Shown: in pieces, positions 12,709 to 23,339 of the stretch
Numbering within the stretch: the stretch's first letter is position 1
Layout: the number at the start of each line of letters is the position of its first letter
From: Penicillus capitatus
Taxonomy: Eukaryota > Plantae > Chlorophyta
DNA: 64,000 bases
NCBI GenBank assembly: GCA_965649825.1
Contig: OZ287699.1
Location: forward strand, 682,001-746,000
Direction: 5' to 3'
The notes under the pieces: generated by a model
The model's database searches: none
What the model was told of the DNA's origin: nothing
Seen by the model: the letters and a program-made list of their open reading frames with translations, nothing else
Translations under genes and position numbers: made by a program

Positions 12709-12837
12709 CTGTACAGTCGCCACAAATGAGATGGCCTAAACAGCTTAACATGTGTCTGTACAATTGCCACAAATGAGATGGCCTAAACAGCTTATCATGT
12801 GTCTGTACATTTGCCTCAAATGAGATGGCCTAAACAG
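12709..12837. repeat. 47-bp tandem repeat, ~2.7 copies
   Basis: gccacaaatgagatggcctaaacagctt(a/t)catgtgtctgtaca unit starting at 12719, 12766 and 12813. Confidence 0.9.
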
Positions 12838-13056
12838 AATATCCCTCTTTTTATTTAACAAAACAAACAGAATGTGATCGATTCAGTAGTACGTCATCAA
12901 GGTTGTAAAATCTAGTTTGCACAAGTCCAGCATTCTTAAATGCTTGAAAGATAAAAAATGGGATAAAGATATGCAGAAAGGCCAAATGGCTATTCGTCTA
13001 GAGGTAATTAAGAATGTCCAACAACAACTGAAATGTATGCGATCGACTTGATAAAA

Positions 13057-14395
13057 GGCTGTCTGCTCCTGGAGGCTGATAATAGGCTGTCTGCTGCGTC
13101 ATCGTAGGCTGCCGGATGTTAAATCAATAGCTATCTGCTGCTGGAGGCCGATAATAAGTTGTCTGCTGCTCAGTCTTGATCGTAAATTGTCGTCTTCGTC
13201 ATAGTTTTTCGAATTCCAGATCACAGGATGTCTGCTGCTGGAGGCTGTCAGATGTCAATGATATAGGATGTCTGCTGCTGGAGGCCGATAATAGGTTGTC
13301 TGCTGCTGGGTCTTGATCGTCGTTTCTCGTCGTCATCGTAGGCTTTTAGATGTCGGGTCATAGACTGCCGGAGGCTTGATCACACACCATCGGATTCCAG
13401 ATTTAGGCTGTCGCCTTCATCATACGCCGTCGAATGTCAGATCAGAGACTGCTGTTGAGGCTTCATCATCGGTTGTTCATCATCGTCTGTTGGATTCCAG
13501 ATCATATCGGTTGTCTGCTGCTGGCGGTCAGATCATAAGGCTGTCGGAGGCTTCATCGTAGGTTCTCGTCTTCATTGTTCGCCGTCGGATGTCAAATCAT
13601 AGATTATCCGCTGCCGTCGGATCATAGCTTGTCTGCTGCTTGCTTCATCGTAGCTCCCGGATGTCAAATCAAATCCCGTCTGCCGCTTGATGTCAGATGA
13701 TAGGCTGCTGGAGGCTTGCTTCATCACACGCCGTCGAATGTCAAATCATATTCTGTCTGCTTCTGAAGGATTGCTTCATCATAGGCTGTCAGATATCGGA
13801 TCATGTAAGTTGTCTGCTGCCGGAGGCTGTCAGATTATAGGCCGTCGGAGGCTTCATCATAGGTCTGTCGGACTCCAGATCATAAATTATCTTCTGCTTG
13901 AGGCTTGATCGCAGGTCGTCGTCTTCATCATAGATTGTGGCAGGCTTCATCATGGGTTGTCGTTCTCATCAATGGGCTGTAGGATTCCATATCATAGCAT
14001 GTCTGCTGCTGGAGGAGGCTTGATCGCAGGTTTTTCGTCTTCATCGTAGGCTGTCGGGTTTCAGATCATAAATTATATGCTATGGAGGCCTCATCGTGGG
14101 TTGTTCGTCACCATCATCTGTCGGATTCCAGATCAGAGGCTGTCGTCTTCATCGGCCGCCGTCGGATGTCAGATCATGTGGGTTGTCTGCTAGAGACTTC
14201 ATTGTAGGCTGTCGGATTCCAGATCAGAGGCTGTCGTCTTCATCGTACGCCGTCTACTGTCGAATTTTGGATCATTGGATGTTTGCTGCCAGAGTCTTCA
14301 TCGTGGGTTGTCATCGTCATCGTCATCTGTCGGATTCCAGATCATAAGCTGTCTGCCTGGAGGCTTCATCGTAGGTTTTCGGATGTCGGCTTCGT
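13057..14395. repeat. Mosaic degenerate minisatellite (~1.35 kb)
   Basis: Shuffled recurrences of three motifs: (T)AGGCTGTCTGCTGCTGGAGGC, TTCATCGTAGGCTGTCGG and AT(TC/GT)CAGATCATAG. The consensus has stops in the frames tested. Confidence 0.85.
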
Positions 14396-14924
14396 CACGT
14401 GTCGTCTCTTGTTAGCACAGCTGGTCATGAGAGAAACTTTTTGGCCAGCATAATGACATTGCTTCCTCGGCAGATTTCTCTAGGTCTCTCAGAGCTTCGC
14501 AGAATTCACTGGCTGATGAACTAGCACTCTGACCTTGGACGACATCTCTTCTTGACGAGCAACACTTGTTCCAATAGACCAACTGTTAACGAAAGTGAAA
14601 CGTTTGCATCGGCTGGGTTTGATTGTACTGATCAGAGATCAATCGGTGAACTAATCTCTACAGGCGATGCAGTGATGCTGATTGAGACAGTAATCTGCAC
14701 TGAGGGCTTTCTGTCTGAATCAAAGCTCGATGACCAGCCATTGCCTCTCAAACGGTAATCGATCGATCTTCTACGTCAAGACTTCACACATCAATTCTCC
14801 AGTGTCCTCCACAAAGATCCGAATCTTCTGGCCTGTCTGGAACATCGTATTCAGCTTTTGTTTTTCGCATTCTAACGTTCCATACCTTTGATACTATATA
14901 TCTGCGGAAGAATGAATGCTTCTC

Positions 14925-15420
14925 TCAACTGTACTGTTTCCCTCGTCGAGTACTGATATGAAATGGCGTGAGGGAACATTCGAGTCTGTCCATGAGAGAT
15001 TCAGACGCCGTAGTCAACTCTCTGGACACTACTCTTCTCTTGGCGATGTCCTTGCACTTCTCCCAGTCGAGCGGGTCCATGTCGTCTATCAGCTCCTGGA
15101 GCGTCAGCCACTTGGATGTCGTCATCGTCTTGGCTCTGAACCAGTTGCCGATGACGCATACCTCCGAGGCCGCAAAGCCGCCGCAATTTCAGTTGCTGCC
15201 AGACACACACCCAAGTGAAACCGATCTCTACTATCGTGCATGCACCACGTACCTTGCTGACTTAGGGGAATTCTTGTGGATGGAGGGGGCGACGTTGCGT
15301 GTCTGGCGAAGCGGCAGGTCTTGGACTCAGCTGGGAAGGAGTCTCTGAGGCTGCTGGGTCTCGAGTTTCTTTCCAAGACGCTGGGAAAGCACGACTCGGG
15401 TAGGTTCGTTGTTCCAGGCT
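14925..15420 (-). pseudogene. Degenerate copy of the module also present at 16.0-17.0 kb (TFIIIC subunit 1-like internal fragment)
   Basis: DSFPAESKTCRFA..[intron 15196-15252]..GGFAASEVCVIGNWF.AKTMTTSKWLTLQELIDDMDPLDWEKCKDIAK. Contains a stop and frameshifts. The TFIIIC similarity is from recalled plant sequences. Confidence 0.55.
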
Positions 15421-15432
15421 TCGATAGTTATG

Positions 15433-15647
15433 CCATGTGCAGGTCTGCGTCGATCTGCATCAAGGCAGATCGACAGCAGACTCATGCACATGGCAGTAGC
15501 TATGGCTTCTTGAGCCGCCTCCATGTGCAAGACTGCGTCGATCTGCATCGAGGCAGATCGACGGTAGATTCATGCACATGGAGTAGCTACGCACAAGGTC
15601 TGCGTCGATCTGCATCGAGGCAGATCGACGGCAGACTCATGTACATG
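15433..15647. repeat. Three tandem ~61-nt imperfect palindromes (long hairpins)
   Basis: Core GTCGATCTGC-ATC(A/G)AG-GCAGATCGAC at 15449-15474, 15537-15562 and 15604-15629. The stem extends through TCTGC/GCAGA and CCATGTGCA/TGCACATGG in copies 1-2. Confidence 0.9.
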
Positions 15648-16032
15648 CCCCTTGTCGACCATGGGCTGATGTCTGCGTGCTTCCTACGCGTCTCCTCTTC
15701 GACTGGCCACGAGTTGGGTGGAACCGAGAAGACAGCTGGCAATGTTATTCCCCAGGTAATGGACTTAATCAGAACTCCCCGGCTTTGTCGCTTCGGTCCT
15801 TAAAGATCACTGGCTTTGATTCCAGCCTTCTGTTCGCCAAAGAAAATTTATCGTTGGCCGAATTCTTGATGGGGATCTTCTTTCATCCATATCTGCTAGG
15901 ATGGGCCTCCACCAGATAGTGTTTCTTTCTCCCTCTGTGAACTGCACAATCGTTTAGGAGAGAGTGCGTAAAGGGTGGGCTGACCTGGCGATTGCAATCA
16001 CGGAGTGTTGGTTGTTAATCTCTAGAACAGTC

Positions 16033-17000
16033 TCACATCTGACTGCCTGCAGCCGCTCCAGATCCGTCCTGCGTCGCAGCTGGACTCGCTCTCCACTCCG
16101 GAGACCGCATCCTCCGTCCTGCGCACAGAGTGAGGAGAGGGATCCCTGGCAGAAACGATGGGCACCTCTTGGCAAACCTCTTCGGTCGCTTGTGTTTCGG
16201 CTTCCTGGCAGCTCGAGGTGCGGCTCTGCCGCGTCTTCTCCTCTTCTCCGTCTCCTTCGGCTCTCTGGCGGCCTTCAGCGATCTCTTGCGGCATCGATGG
16301 CGGTTCAGTCGCACCACCTGCTGGTAGGCGACATTCATCTTCTTGGCGATGTCCCTGCACTTCTCTCAGTCGAGCGGATCCATGTCGTCCATCAGCTCCT
16401 GGATTGTCAGCCACTTGGACGTCGTCATCCTCTTGGGGCTGAACCAGTTTCCGATGACGCACACCTCCGCCGCCGCAAAGCCGCCGGCCTTCCAGTTGCT
16501 GCCAGACACACCCAAAGTGAAACGGATCCAGAGAGAGAGGGAGCACGTACCTTGGCGACGAAGGGGAATTCTTGTGGCTGGCGGAGGCGACGGTTGCATG
16601 TCTCCGGCGAAACGGTAAGTCTTGGACTCGGCCGGGAAGGAGTCCCAGAGCTGCCGAGTGGTGAAGGCGTAGTCCACCGCGAGCAGTGGACGTGCTCCGT
16701 CGACTCCTCCTCCGCAGACGCCTCTTCTCTCTTGGCGACGGTTGCGTGTCCGGCGAAGCGGTAGGTCTTGGACTCGGCCGGGAAGGAGTCTCTGAAGCTA
16801 CCGAGTCTCGAGCTTCTTCCCAGGACGTTGGGAAAGCACGACTCGGCGGCGCAGGTGCTTCTCTCTGCCGCTGCAAACCCGCCGGCCTTCCAGTTGCTGC
16901 CAGACACACCCCATGCAAGACCGATCCAGAGAGAGATAGGGAGCACGTACCTTGGTGTCGAGGGGGAATTCTTGTGGTTGGAAGACCGTACCCGAAGAAA
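16033..17000 (-). pseudogene. Two partial tandem copies of a TFIIIC subunit 1-like internal module
   Basis: Repeated DSFPAESKTYRFAG (x2) and NWKAGGFAAAE (x2), each with the same intron (16897-16950, 16499-16550). The most complete copy reads EVCVIGNWFSPKRMTTSKWLTIQELMDDMDPLDWEKCRDIAKKMNVAYQQVVRL. Frameshifted. Confidence 0.55.
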
Positions 17001-17089
17001 GTTGTCGTCGGGGGGTCTTTGAGTGCGCGCTTGGGAAATCGGCGCACAGTTCGGAAAAGCGGAAATGCGAAAACTGGTATGGCGCCTCG

Positions 17090-17183
17090 CGTTTTATGGT
17101 CGAGGATGTGACAGCTGCAACAAATTCGACCGCGGTTAGCCAATCAGAATGCGCGATTCTCTCTGCGGCAATCTGACGTCAGA
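17090..17183 (-). promoter_or_regulatory. Candidate Pol II promoter cluster: TGACGTCA palindrome, CCAAT box, TATA-like CATAAAA
   Basis: TCTGACGTCAGA at 17172-17183, AGCCAATCAG at 17138-17147, and CATAAAA on the minus strand ~45 nt further on, directly ahead of the repeated module. Confidence 0.35.
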
Positions 17184-17221
17184 CGAAAATGGGTCGAACG
17201 TCACTTCGCTCGGCAGGCAAC

Positions 17222-18442
17222 CTACCACATCGCCAATGGACTGATCTCACAGTGGAGAGATATCGAGACTATGAGGGTCGGCATGGCCTCTTCCAGGAAG
17301 ACCAGATCCCTTGTCTTCTCGTGCTGCATGGGCAAGCGAATCTGCTCACCACACCCCTTTTGCTCCCGAGCGACGGATGGAGGCAAAGAGCATGGAGGAT
17401 GTGACTGACCTTTGCCGAGTCTTCCTTGTCCCCGTCCTCCTGGGACGCATCGGGAAGCACCGTGGAATGTACATAGGGCAGAACAGTGAACTGGCTGCGA
17501 CTTCTCACTCGAGATCTTCGGGACGCGTCCTTTCGCTATGTAGACGTCGAAGTCGTCGTGGTGGATGTTGATGAGGGACTTCCATATGAGCGCCTTCAGT
17601 TCTGTCCCCAGTCGACGACAGCCGTTGATGGGAAACTCTTCCTCGAGCAAGCTCCAGAAGCGACTCAGAGAGCAATCTCGCAGCAGTGCACGCGTTAAGC
17701 CTTCGTGCGATAACGCATTCGTCGCACGCACCTCGGCGCCCCTCCAGCGCGATTTGCTTGATCGCCTCGTCGACTCATGTCGTTACCAGGCACGAGGGAG
17801 GGAGCAGAAAGCATTCTTACAGCAAAACAGGGCTGAGATGTTGGCCTCAATAAAATCGTGGCGCAGTTTCAGAATGAGTTTGATTTCGGCTGGACTCAAT
17901 CGCCAATTGATGCTCTCTCCTTCATCTCCCCAGTAATCCAGCATCTCCTCCACGCTCTCGAATCACAAAATGGTAGCCATCTGTCTCAGGCGTGCGAATC
18001 TCTTTCGGACTGAGCTCTGATAGATCTTGGAAAAGTGCGAAAGTAGCAGTCGGCGCTTTGCGACCGCTTGACACAGGTGCCAGATGCCAAATTCGGCAGG
18101 CGTCGGCATCGGACGTCGAGGTCGTTTTCCAGGGCTTCCTGTGCATCGGACACGAAGTTTCGCATGAAGGATCATCATCCAGCGAGGAGGACCTTTGGCA
18201 GCCAGTAGTTCGGAGCAGGGGCGTAGAGCATCGCCGCACCGCGCATTAACGCCAGACAGTGCTCGGGAACGCATTCCCTGTACTCCCAGACGCTCTGACG
18301 CGGGATTTGTTTTGATCATCTTGTTATCAGTAACAGAAGCTAGGTAGTGAATTGCATCATCATCTGGGACCTTCTGAAGGATTTGCAGACCGAGACGCTT
18401 TCCCCTGGAGCTATCTTGGAAAGATCTACATATGGGGGACAA
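17222..18442 (-). pseudogene. Chimeric pseudogene: unknown ORF (in-frame TGA 17963-17965) spliced to a TFIIIC subunit 1 (Tfc3/GTF3C1)-like N-terminal winged helix
   Basis: Removing introns 17774-17820 and 17677-17731 gives DEAIKQIALEGRRDCSLSRFWSLLEEEF..LGTELKALIWKSLINI. This matches the recalled Tfc3/GTF3C1 N-terminal pattern (EIALEG..G..L..LW..L....K..LW..L). It terminates after ~120 aa. Confidence 0.55.
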
Positions 18443-18888
18443 TCACACCTATTCATTCAGGATCTATATCTGTGGGGTTTTGTGGATATCATCTGCTTTA
18501 GCATAGATGGTCACACTTTCACTTTTTATGAACTCGTTGAATTGCATTGGCGGCGACGAGGTCAAGAAACCAGATGTAACTCGAGAGCAATCTGTTGAAG
18601 CCGTTTCAACGCTATGCGTTCTCGCAGTTGTTTACTTGTGGAGTTGGACAATGTGTGGGTGCTTTGACCTTTACCAGATCTCCACCTCTTGTTGCGGCTC
18701 GCACTCGGCCTTGTGTGCCAAAACGTACTACTTGCCTGTACGCCAAACGCGATACAGACCCTCTGAAAAGACGGCCTGCCTTTCGTGGACCATCCTAAGG
18801 GCAATGTGGACGTGCGTTTAGGATCAACGTGATGTGACCAAACTTGTTCTCAGCCAGCCACCTGAGGTTATCATTTCATGGTCCTTAA

Positions 18889-19878
18889 ATGGTTAGTGAT
18901 TGTCTGGGAGATTCAGAGGTCAGACCGGAAGAGTTCTCGTCGCATCGAGACGCCTTCCACAACTCCACTGACGACTCTGAAGATCGTTTGGATCAAGGGG
19001 ATCTGAACGGACGTTTCCAAAAACGGCCCAGCCTGTGGTGGCGAGGGGCTGAGTCGCTCCAGCGGTCGCAGCAGAGCGATTTGGGTCCCTGTCTCGGCAA
19101 CGCGTGGTTGCATGAGATGGAGTCGACAATGAATGACAGAAATCCAGGCGTCCACATGGAGTCGTCTGGTCCATCAAATGCGAGTTACGTTCGTGCGGCG
19201 TCCAATGATGCGCAGTCGACTGCCCTGTCGAGTGCGTTGCGCGCTCAGCGTCCGAGTAGCCCCTCGACGTCCAACAGCTCGACGCCGGCTGTCGTCGCGA
19301 ACGCCGACGCGTGAGGGCCGTCCCGTTCACTGCTCAGGAAAGTACGCGTCGCCCTCCACATTGCGTCCTCCAAAGGACACTTAAAAGTTGTCAAAGTGCG
19401 TCGCCCAAGCGCATTGTACGTCTGTCACGGTAGAAAGATAGCACAGGTCCTTATCGCAGCTGGAGCTGACATCAATGTCACCAACAAATACAGAAGGTCT
19501 GCTCTCTATGCAGCATCAGGTGAAGGACGCACAGAAATAGTGAAAGCATGGCTTCACAGTGAAACTACCCCATTTGTCTCATATACGATCGATCGCAGCT
19601 GCTGATCGAAACCGGCGCCAACGTGGAAGCCAAGACGGATCTCGGTTGGACTCTATTGCACAGCGCATCATCTCACGGTCATCTGGACGCTGCTAAAGTC
19701 AGCAAGAATGCTCCGCTGCCGAATACATATCTTTTTCTAGGTCCTCGTTAATGCTAGAGCGTCGAAGTCGAGCTTGACTGGAGAAAGAAAAACCCCTCTT
19801 GAACACGTTTGTGCTGACGTGCATGCTCATTGTTCCGAAAACACTCGCTCGGAACTCAAAAAACTGCTGACGCCATAA
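18889..19878 (+). CDS. Ankyrin-repeat protein (about 3.5 repeats) with low-complexity N-terminus
   Basis: ALHIASSKGHLKVVK|VLIAAGADINVTNKYRRSALYAASGEGRTEIVK|LLIETGANVEAKTDLGWTLLHSASSHGHLDAAK|VLVNARA..TPLEH. Introns at 19396-19446, 19546-19598 (GC-AG) and 19698-19740. The link to the upstream 18889 ORF is uncertain. Confidence 0.8.
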
Positions 19879-20521
19879 AGCAGATGTCTGTCAGCAGCGT
19901 TCTTTTTTCCTTGTCTGCGTCAATCACATCACTCTAGTGTGGTGAGACGTTGACAGCAATATAAACTCCTGCTATAAATCACTCTGTCTGGCCAGAGTAT
20001 TTGTGATGGTACGCCTAAGAGCGTTCCTGAAGCGCTTTTGTTAGCGGTTCACTTTAATCAACTGGGGTGTTACTGACGCTTTTCCTTGATAGTGCGCAAA
20101 CGACGACACCAAAATCATCGACATAAGACTGCCCCATCAATCAAACGGTAGAAGACTGTCCCATGAGACTAACCGATAACCCAAGAACTTCCAAAGATCT
20201 CTGTTGATGGCTCGGTAAAGAAGTTGGTCGCACTCGAGCGTACTTCTCTTATAGCAAGATAAACGACAAGACACAGTTGAAATGGCGATGTTGTTTAACG
20301 GCGGAAATGATTCGAGATCGATTCGTTCACAGTTCGCGGTCGGCGACTGCCTGAAAGTGAAACGTTCTAATCGATCGGCGTCGTTTTGTGCCTAACGGTG
20401 TTCGATCGTTTTCGCTAGGTCCTTCGAGTGGTTTGTTTGACGTTCAGAAGGTGTGAAGACCTCCGGATCGCAATCGCAAAGTCGATTGCGTCTGATCGCC
20501 TCGCGGCAGTTGTTAAGGGCA

Positions 20522-23339
20522 ATGGTTTTACCGTCAAAGCTACTACTACTTTGCTTCGTCACAGTTTATTGCCAAACTTCTGTCGCCGTCGCATCGTCTC
20601 CACCTTCCTTAGCAAACCTCGAATACGCAATCCTCGGCCCCTTCGCATCCTCAGGAAATCATTTTGGCGGCGCAGATCCGCTTGAAGCCTTTGGCGGAAT
20701 CTGGAATCTTAGCGCAGATAACCAGAGCACGTTTCTCAGCGAACTGGTCGTCGGCGGCGATGTCCGCTGGACCAATGTAACATCAGGTAATATACGCCTC
20801 CCTAGTTAAGTGGTTTTGTAGCCTCGCGATCGATGCAGATGTCGATGGCATCGTAGACTATGAATACAGAAATCTCGATATCGTTCCCTCGATGCTCGGA
20901 TTGGGACTAGGCTCGATTGTTAACTTTCGCTCTTGGGCCATCGCTTCCTTCTACATCGAAGAGACGGGGACATATCTGATTTCCTGCGGAAACGTGGAAT
21001 TTTACTTTGTCGGTGATCGGGAATTCGTCGGAGACCCATACGCCCTACGAAGCTGGTGGGGACAGAATGGATGGTTCTGGCTGCCCATCAGGTTAACGAA
21101 AGGTAATCTCCGTCCTACCACACTACAGAATCATGCATGTAGCCGTGCAGGAACACATACATTGCGTGTGCAGTTCCACTGGAAATTCCAGTGCCGTTTA
21201 AAGTCACGCGATGAGACGGAGCCCATGTATATTCTCTCTCCAGATGCACCATCCGTTTTCAACCCAGGACTGGCATTCGTTTACCCCAGCATTGTGAATG
21301 GAAGATTGGCATCCCCCTACCTCTCATTTCCGATTGTGAATGCGCATTCTGCACCGACAAGATCTGTGACGATCCGTTTGGATACGCTTTCCAGAGACAC
21401 AGTCCCCATGTCGCTGGCTAGTACAACCGTAGAGATCATGACTGTTGGCCGTATTCATCCTGGCCAAGTCTATGCGTTGCCAGTCGCTTTGAGACTACCC
21501 GATCTTTTCCCGTGCTTTGCTATTCTGTTGGAATTTACGGTTGAAGTTGTCTTTGAAGATGACACCACTTACGATCTTCCACACCAAATTCTTCTTCGCT
21601 GCCTGGATTTCGATTCAGAGGTGGCATACAAAGTGACTTTCTTGGATGTGGATGGATCTGTCCAGTATGGAACAGTGCGACCGCCTCGGAAGCCGTGCAC
21701 TGAACCGTGCTCAATTATTTTTGCACTGCACGGTTCAGACGTCGATGCAGCAAGTCCAACGTGGACAAATGCTGTGCCATCTCAAGACTCCGCTTGGATT
21801 CTCATGCCCAGCAATCGTGATAAGTTCGGATATGATCATCAAGGAATCGCGGCCTGGAACGAAGTGCGATTTCTGAACACGTTTGTGAAGGACTTGCCTG
21901 GAGTGCCGCTGAATATGACATCGCTCTATCGCTGCAGCGCGTTCAGAATGCTCTACGTTGGACACAGTATGGGAGGACATGGCACGCTTTCGTTCGCGAC
22001 ACATTTCCCCGATCGAGCCATTGGCATTCTGGCTGCGGCTGCATGGATTCGCTTCGATCACTATGTTCAAGAGTACACCGGAAGTCAATCCAGTCACATG
22101 GACGGCGTCCTCAAAAGCGTACTGGAAGCAGCTGTTGCAGAGTATCACACAGATCTGATGGCTGTCAACATCAAAGGTATTCCATTCATGGCTCGGACGG
22201 GAGGAAGAGACACGAATGTCCGTCCTTGGAATCTGCGCAGATTCGCGCGCCTTGTCGACGAAGTGAACAGACAGCCTGGATTCGCCATTTATTCCGAGAT
22301 CCCTGATGAGAAGCATTGGTTCGACGGTGTTCTTTCCGACAACTGGGTCAAGAAATTCTTATCCGCCGCTCTCCACTCACCACGGCCATTACTCCCAACG
22401 CATTTCGAATTGAGGACACCACATGTGTCAAACGGCGGCCGGGGAGGCATCAGGATTCTGCAGTTTCACACGCCGACTGTTATGGGAAGTATTCAAGTCG
22501 AGAGAAAGGATCCATCTGTGTGGAAGATGACGACTCGCAATGTCCGCAGGTTTTCGATACAGTCGATTCCGGATGTTCCTTTTCCATCCATCTGCATCGT
22601 GGATGGGATCTCACTCGAATGCACGAATGCAGAGAGAGGTCATTACCATTACTCAGAGGCGAGCAAGAACTGGCAGATTTCGATGGGCGAAGACTGGAAA
22701 CGTCGAGAGAGGCATCTGGAGAACGCGGGACCTATGAGGCAAATCTTTCACGGTCCTGTATCGTTGATCTACGGAACACAGAGAAAGGAAGAAACATCCA
22801 CTTTGGCCCAACTTGCCGTTCGCATTGCAAATCTGCTCATTGCTCGAGGTCATGCTCTCGTGCATATCTATTCGGATGAGACAGTCCCTGCGTCTGCCCT
22901 GATGGAAAACGTGATTCTGTTGGGCGGGCCGGAATGGAATGCAGCTGCTGTTCAGCTTCTTAGCCAGAATGCATCGCTGTTGTACGCGTCCGCCTTCAGG
23001 AATTTCACGATTCACATCTGTGGCGAGACCTATATCCAGAAAGGAACGGGAGCAGCTCTTCTCGGATCGCGTACGAATGAATCTGGCGATTCGGCTCTGA
23101 TGCTCCTCGTCACAGGAACCGATATCGAAGGCATCCAGAATGCCGTTCGCGTCATCCCTACATTCCCGAATGCCGAGATTCCGGACTACGTTGTTATCGA
23201 CCATACCTTTCTGTGGAAAGGATCTGGGAGCATCTTAGCAGCAGGCTATTGGGGCAATCACTGGGAGTGTCGATCAGACATCAGCTATCCCAGAAATGCA
23301 CAAGTGTCTAAACAGTGGCAGTGGCAGAAGCAGTTGTAA
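20522..23339 (+). CDS. Large secreted alpha/beta-hydrolase (S9 peptidase/esterase-like)
   Basis: Signal peptide MVLPSKLLLLCFVTVYCQTSVA; FALHGSDV oxyanion region, nucleophile elbow VGHSMGG, GGRDTNV Asp and EKHWFD His. Two introns, the second a stop-free 48-nt intron (21103-21150) hidden in the 815-aa ORF. Confidence 0.85.

Noticed and set aside
12912-12945. Helitron 3' end (AGCATT-TAAG-AATGCT hairpin 13 nt before CTAG on the minus strand)
   Set aside because: The stem is only 6 bp and AT-rich, the base after CTAG is A rather than T, and no matching 5' TC end was identified.
14420-14850. Minus-strand remnant MFQTGQKIRIFVEDTGELMCEVL*KIDRLPFERQWLV (Tudor-like?)
   Set aside because: Multiple stops and no motif I can assign.
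15433-15647. CRISPR array
   Set aside because: Eukaryotic context, only three units, linkers share sequence (agtagcta) and differ in length, and no cas genes.
20000-20080. C/D snoRNA-like spacing (GTGATG..CTGA..CTGA)
   Set aside because: Imperfect C box, no terminal stem and no rRNA-complementary guide recognised.
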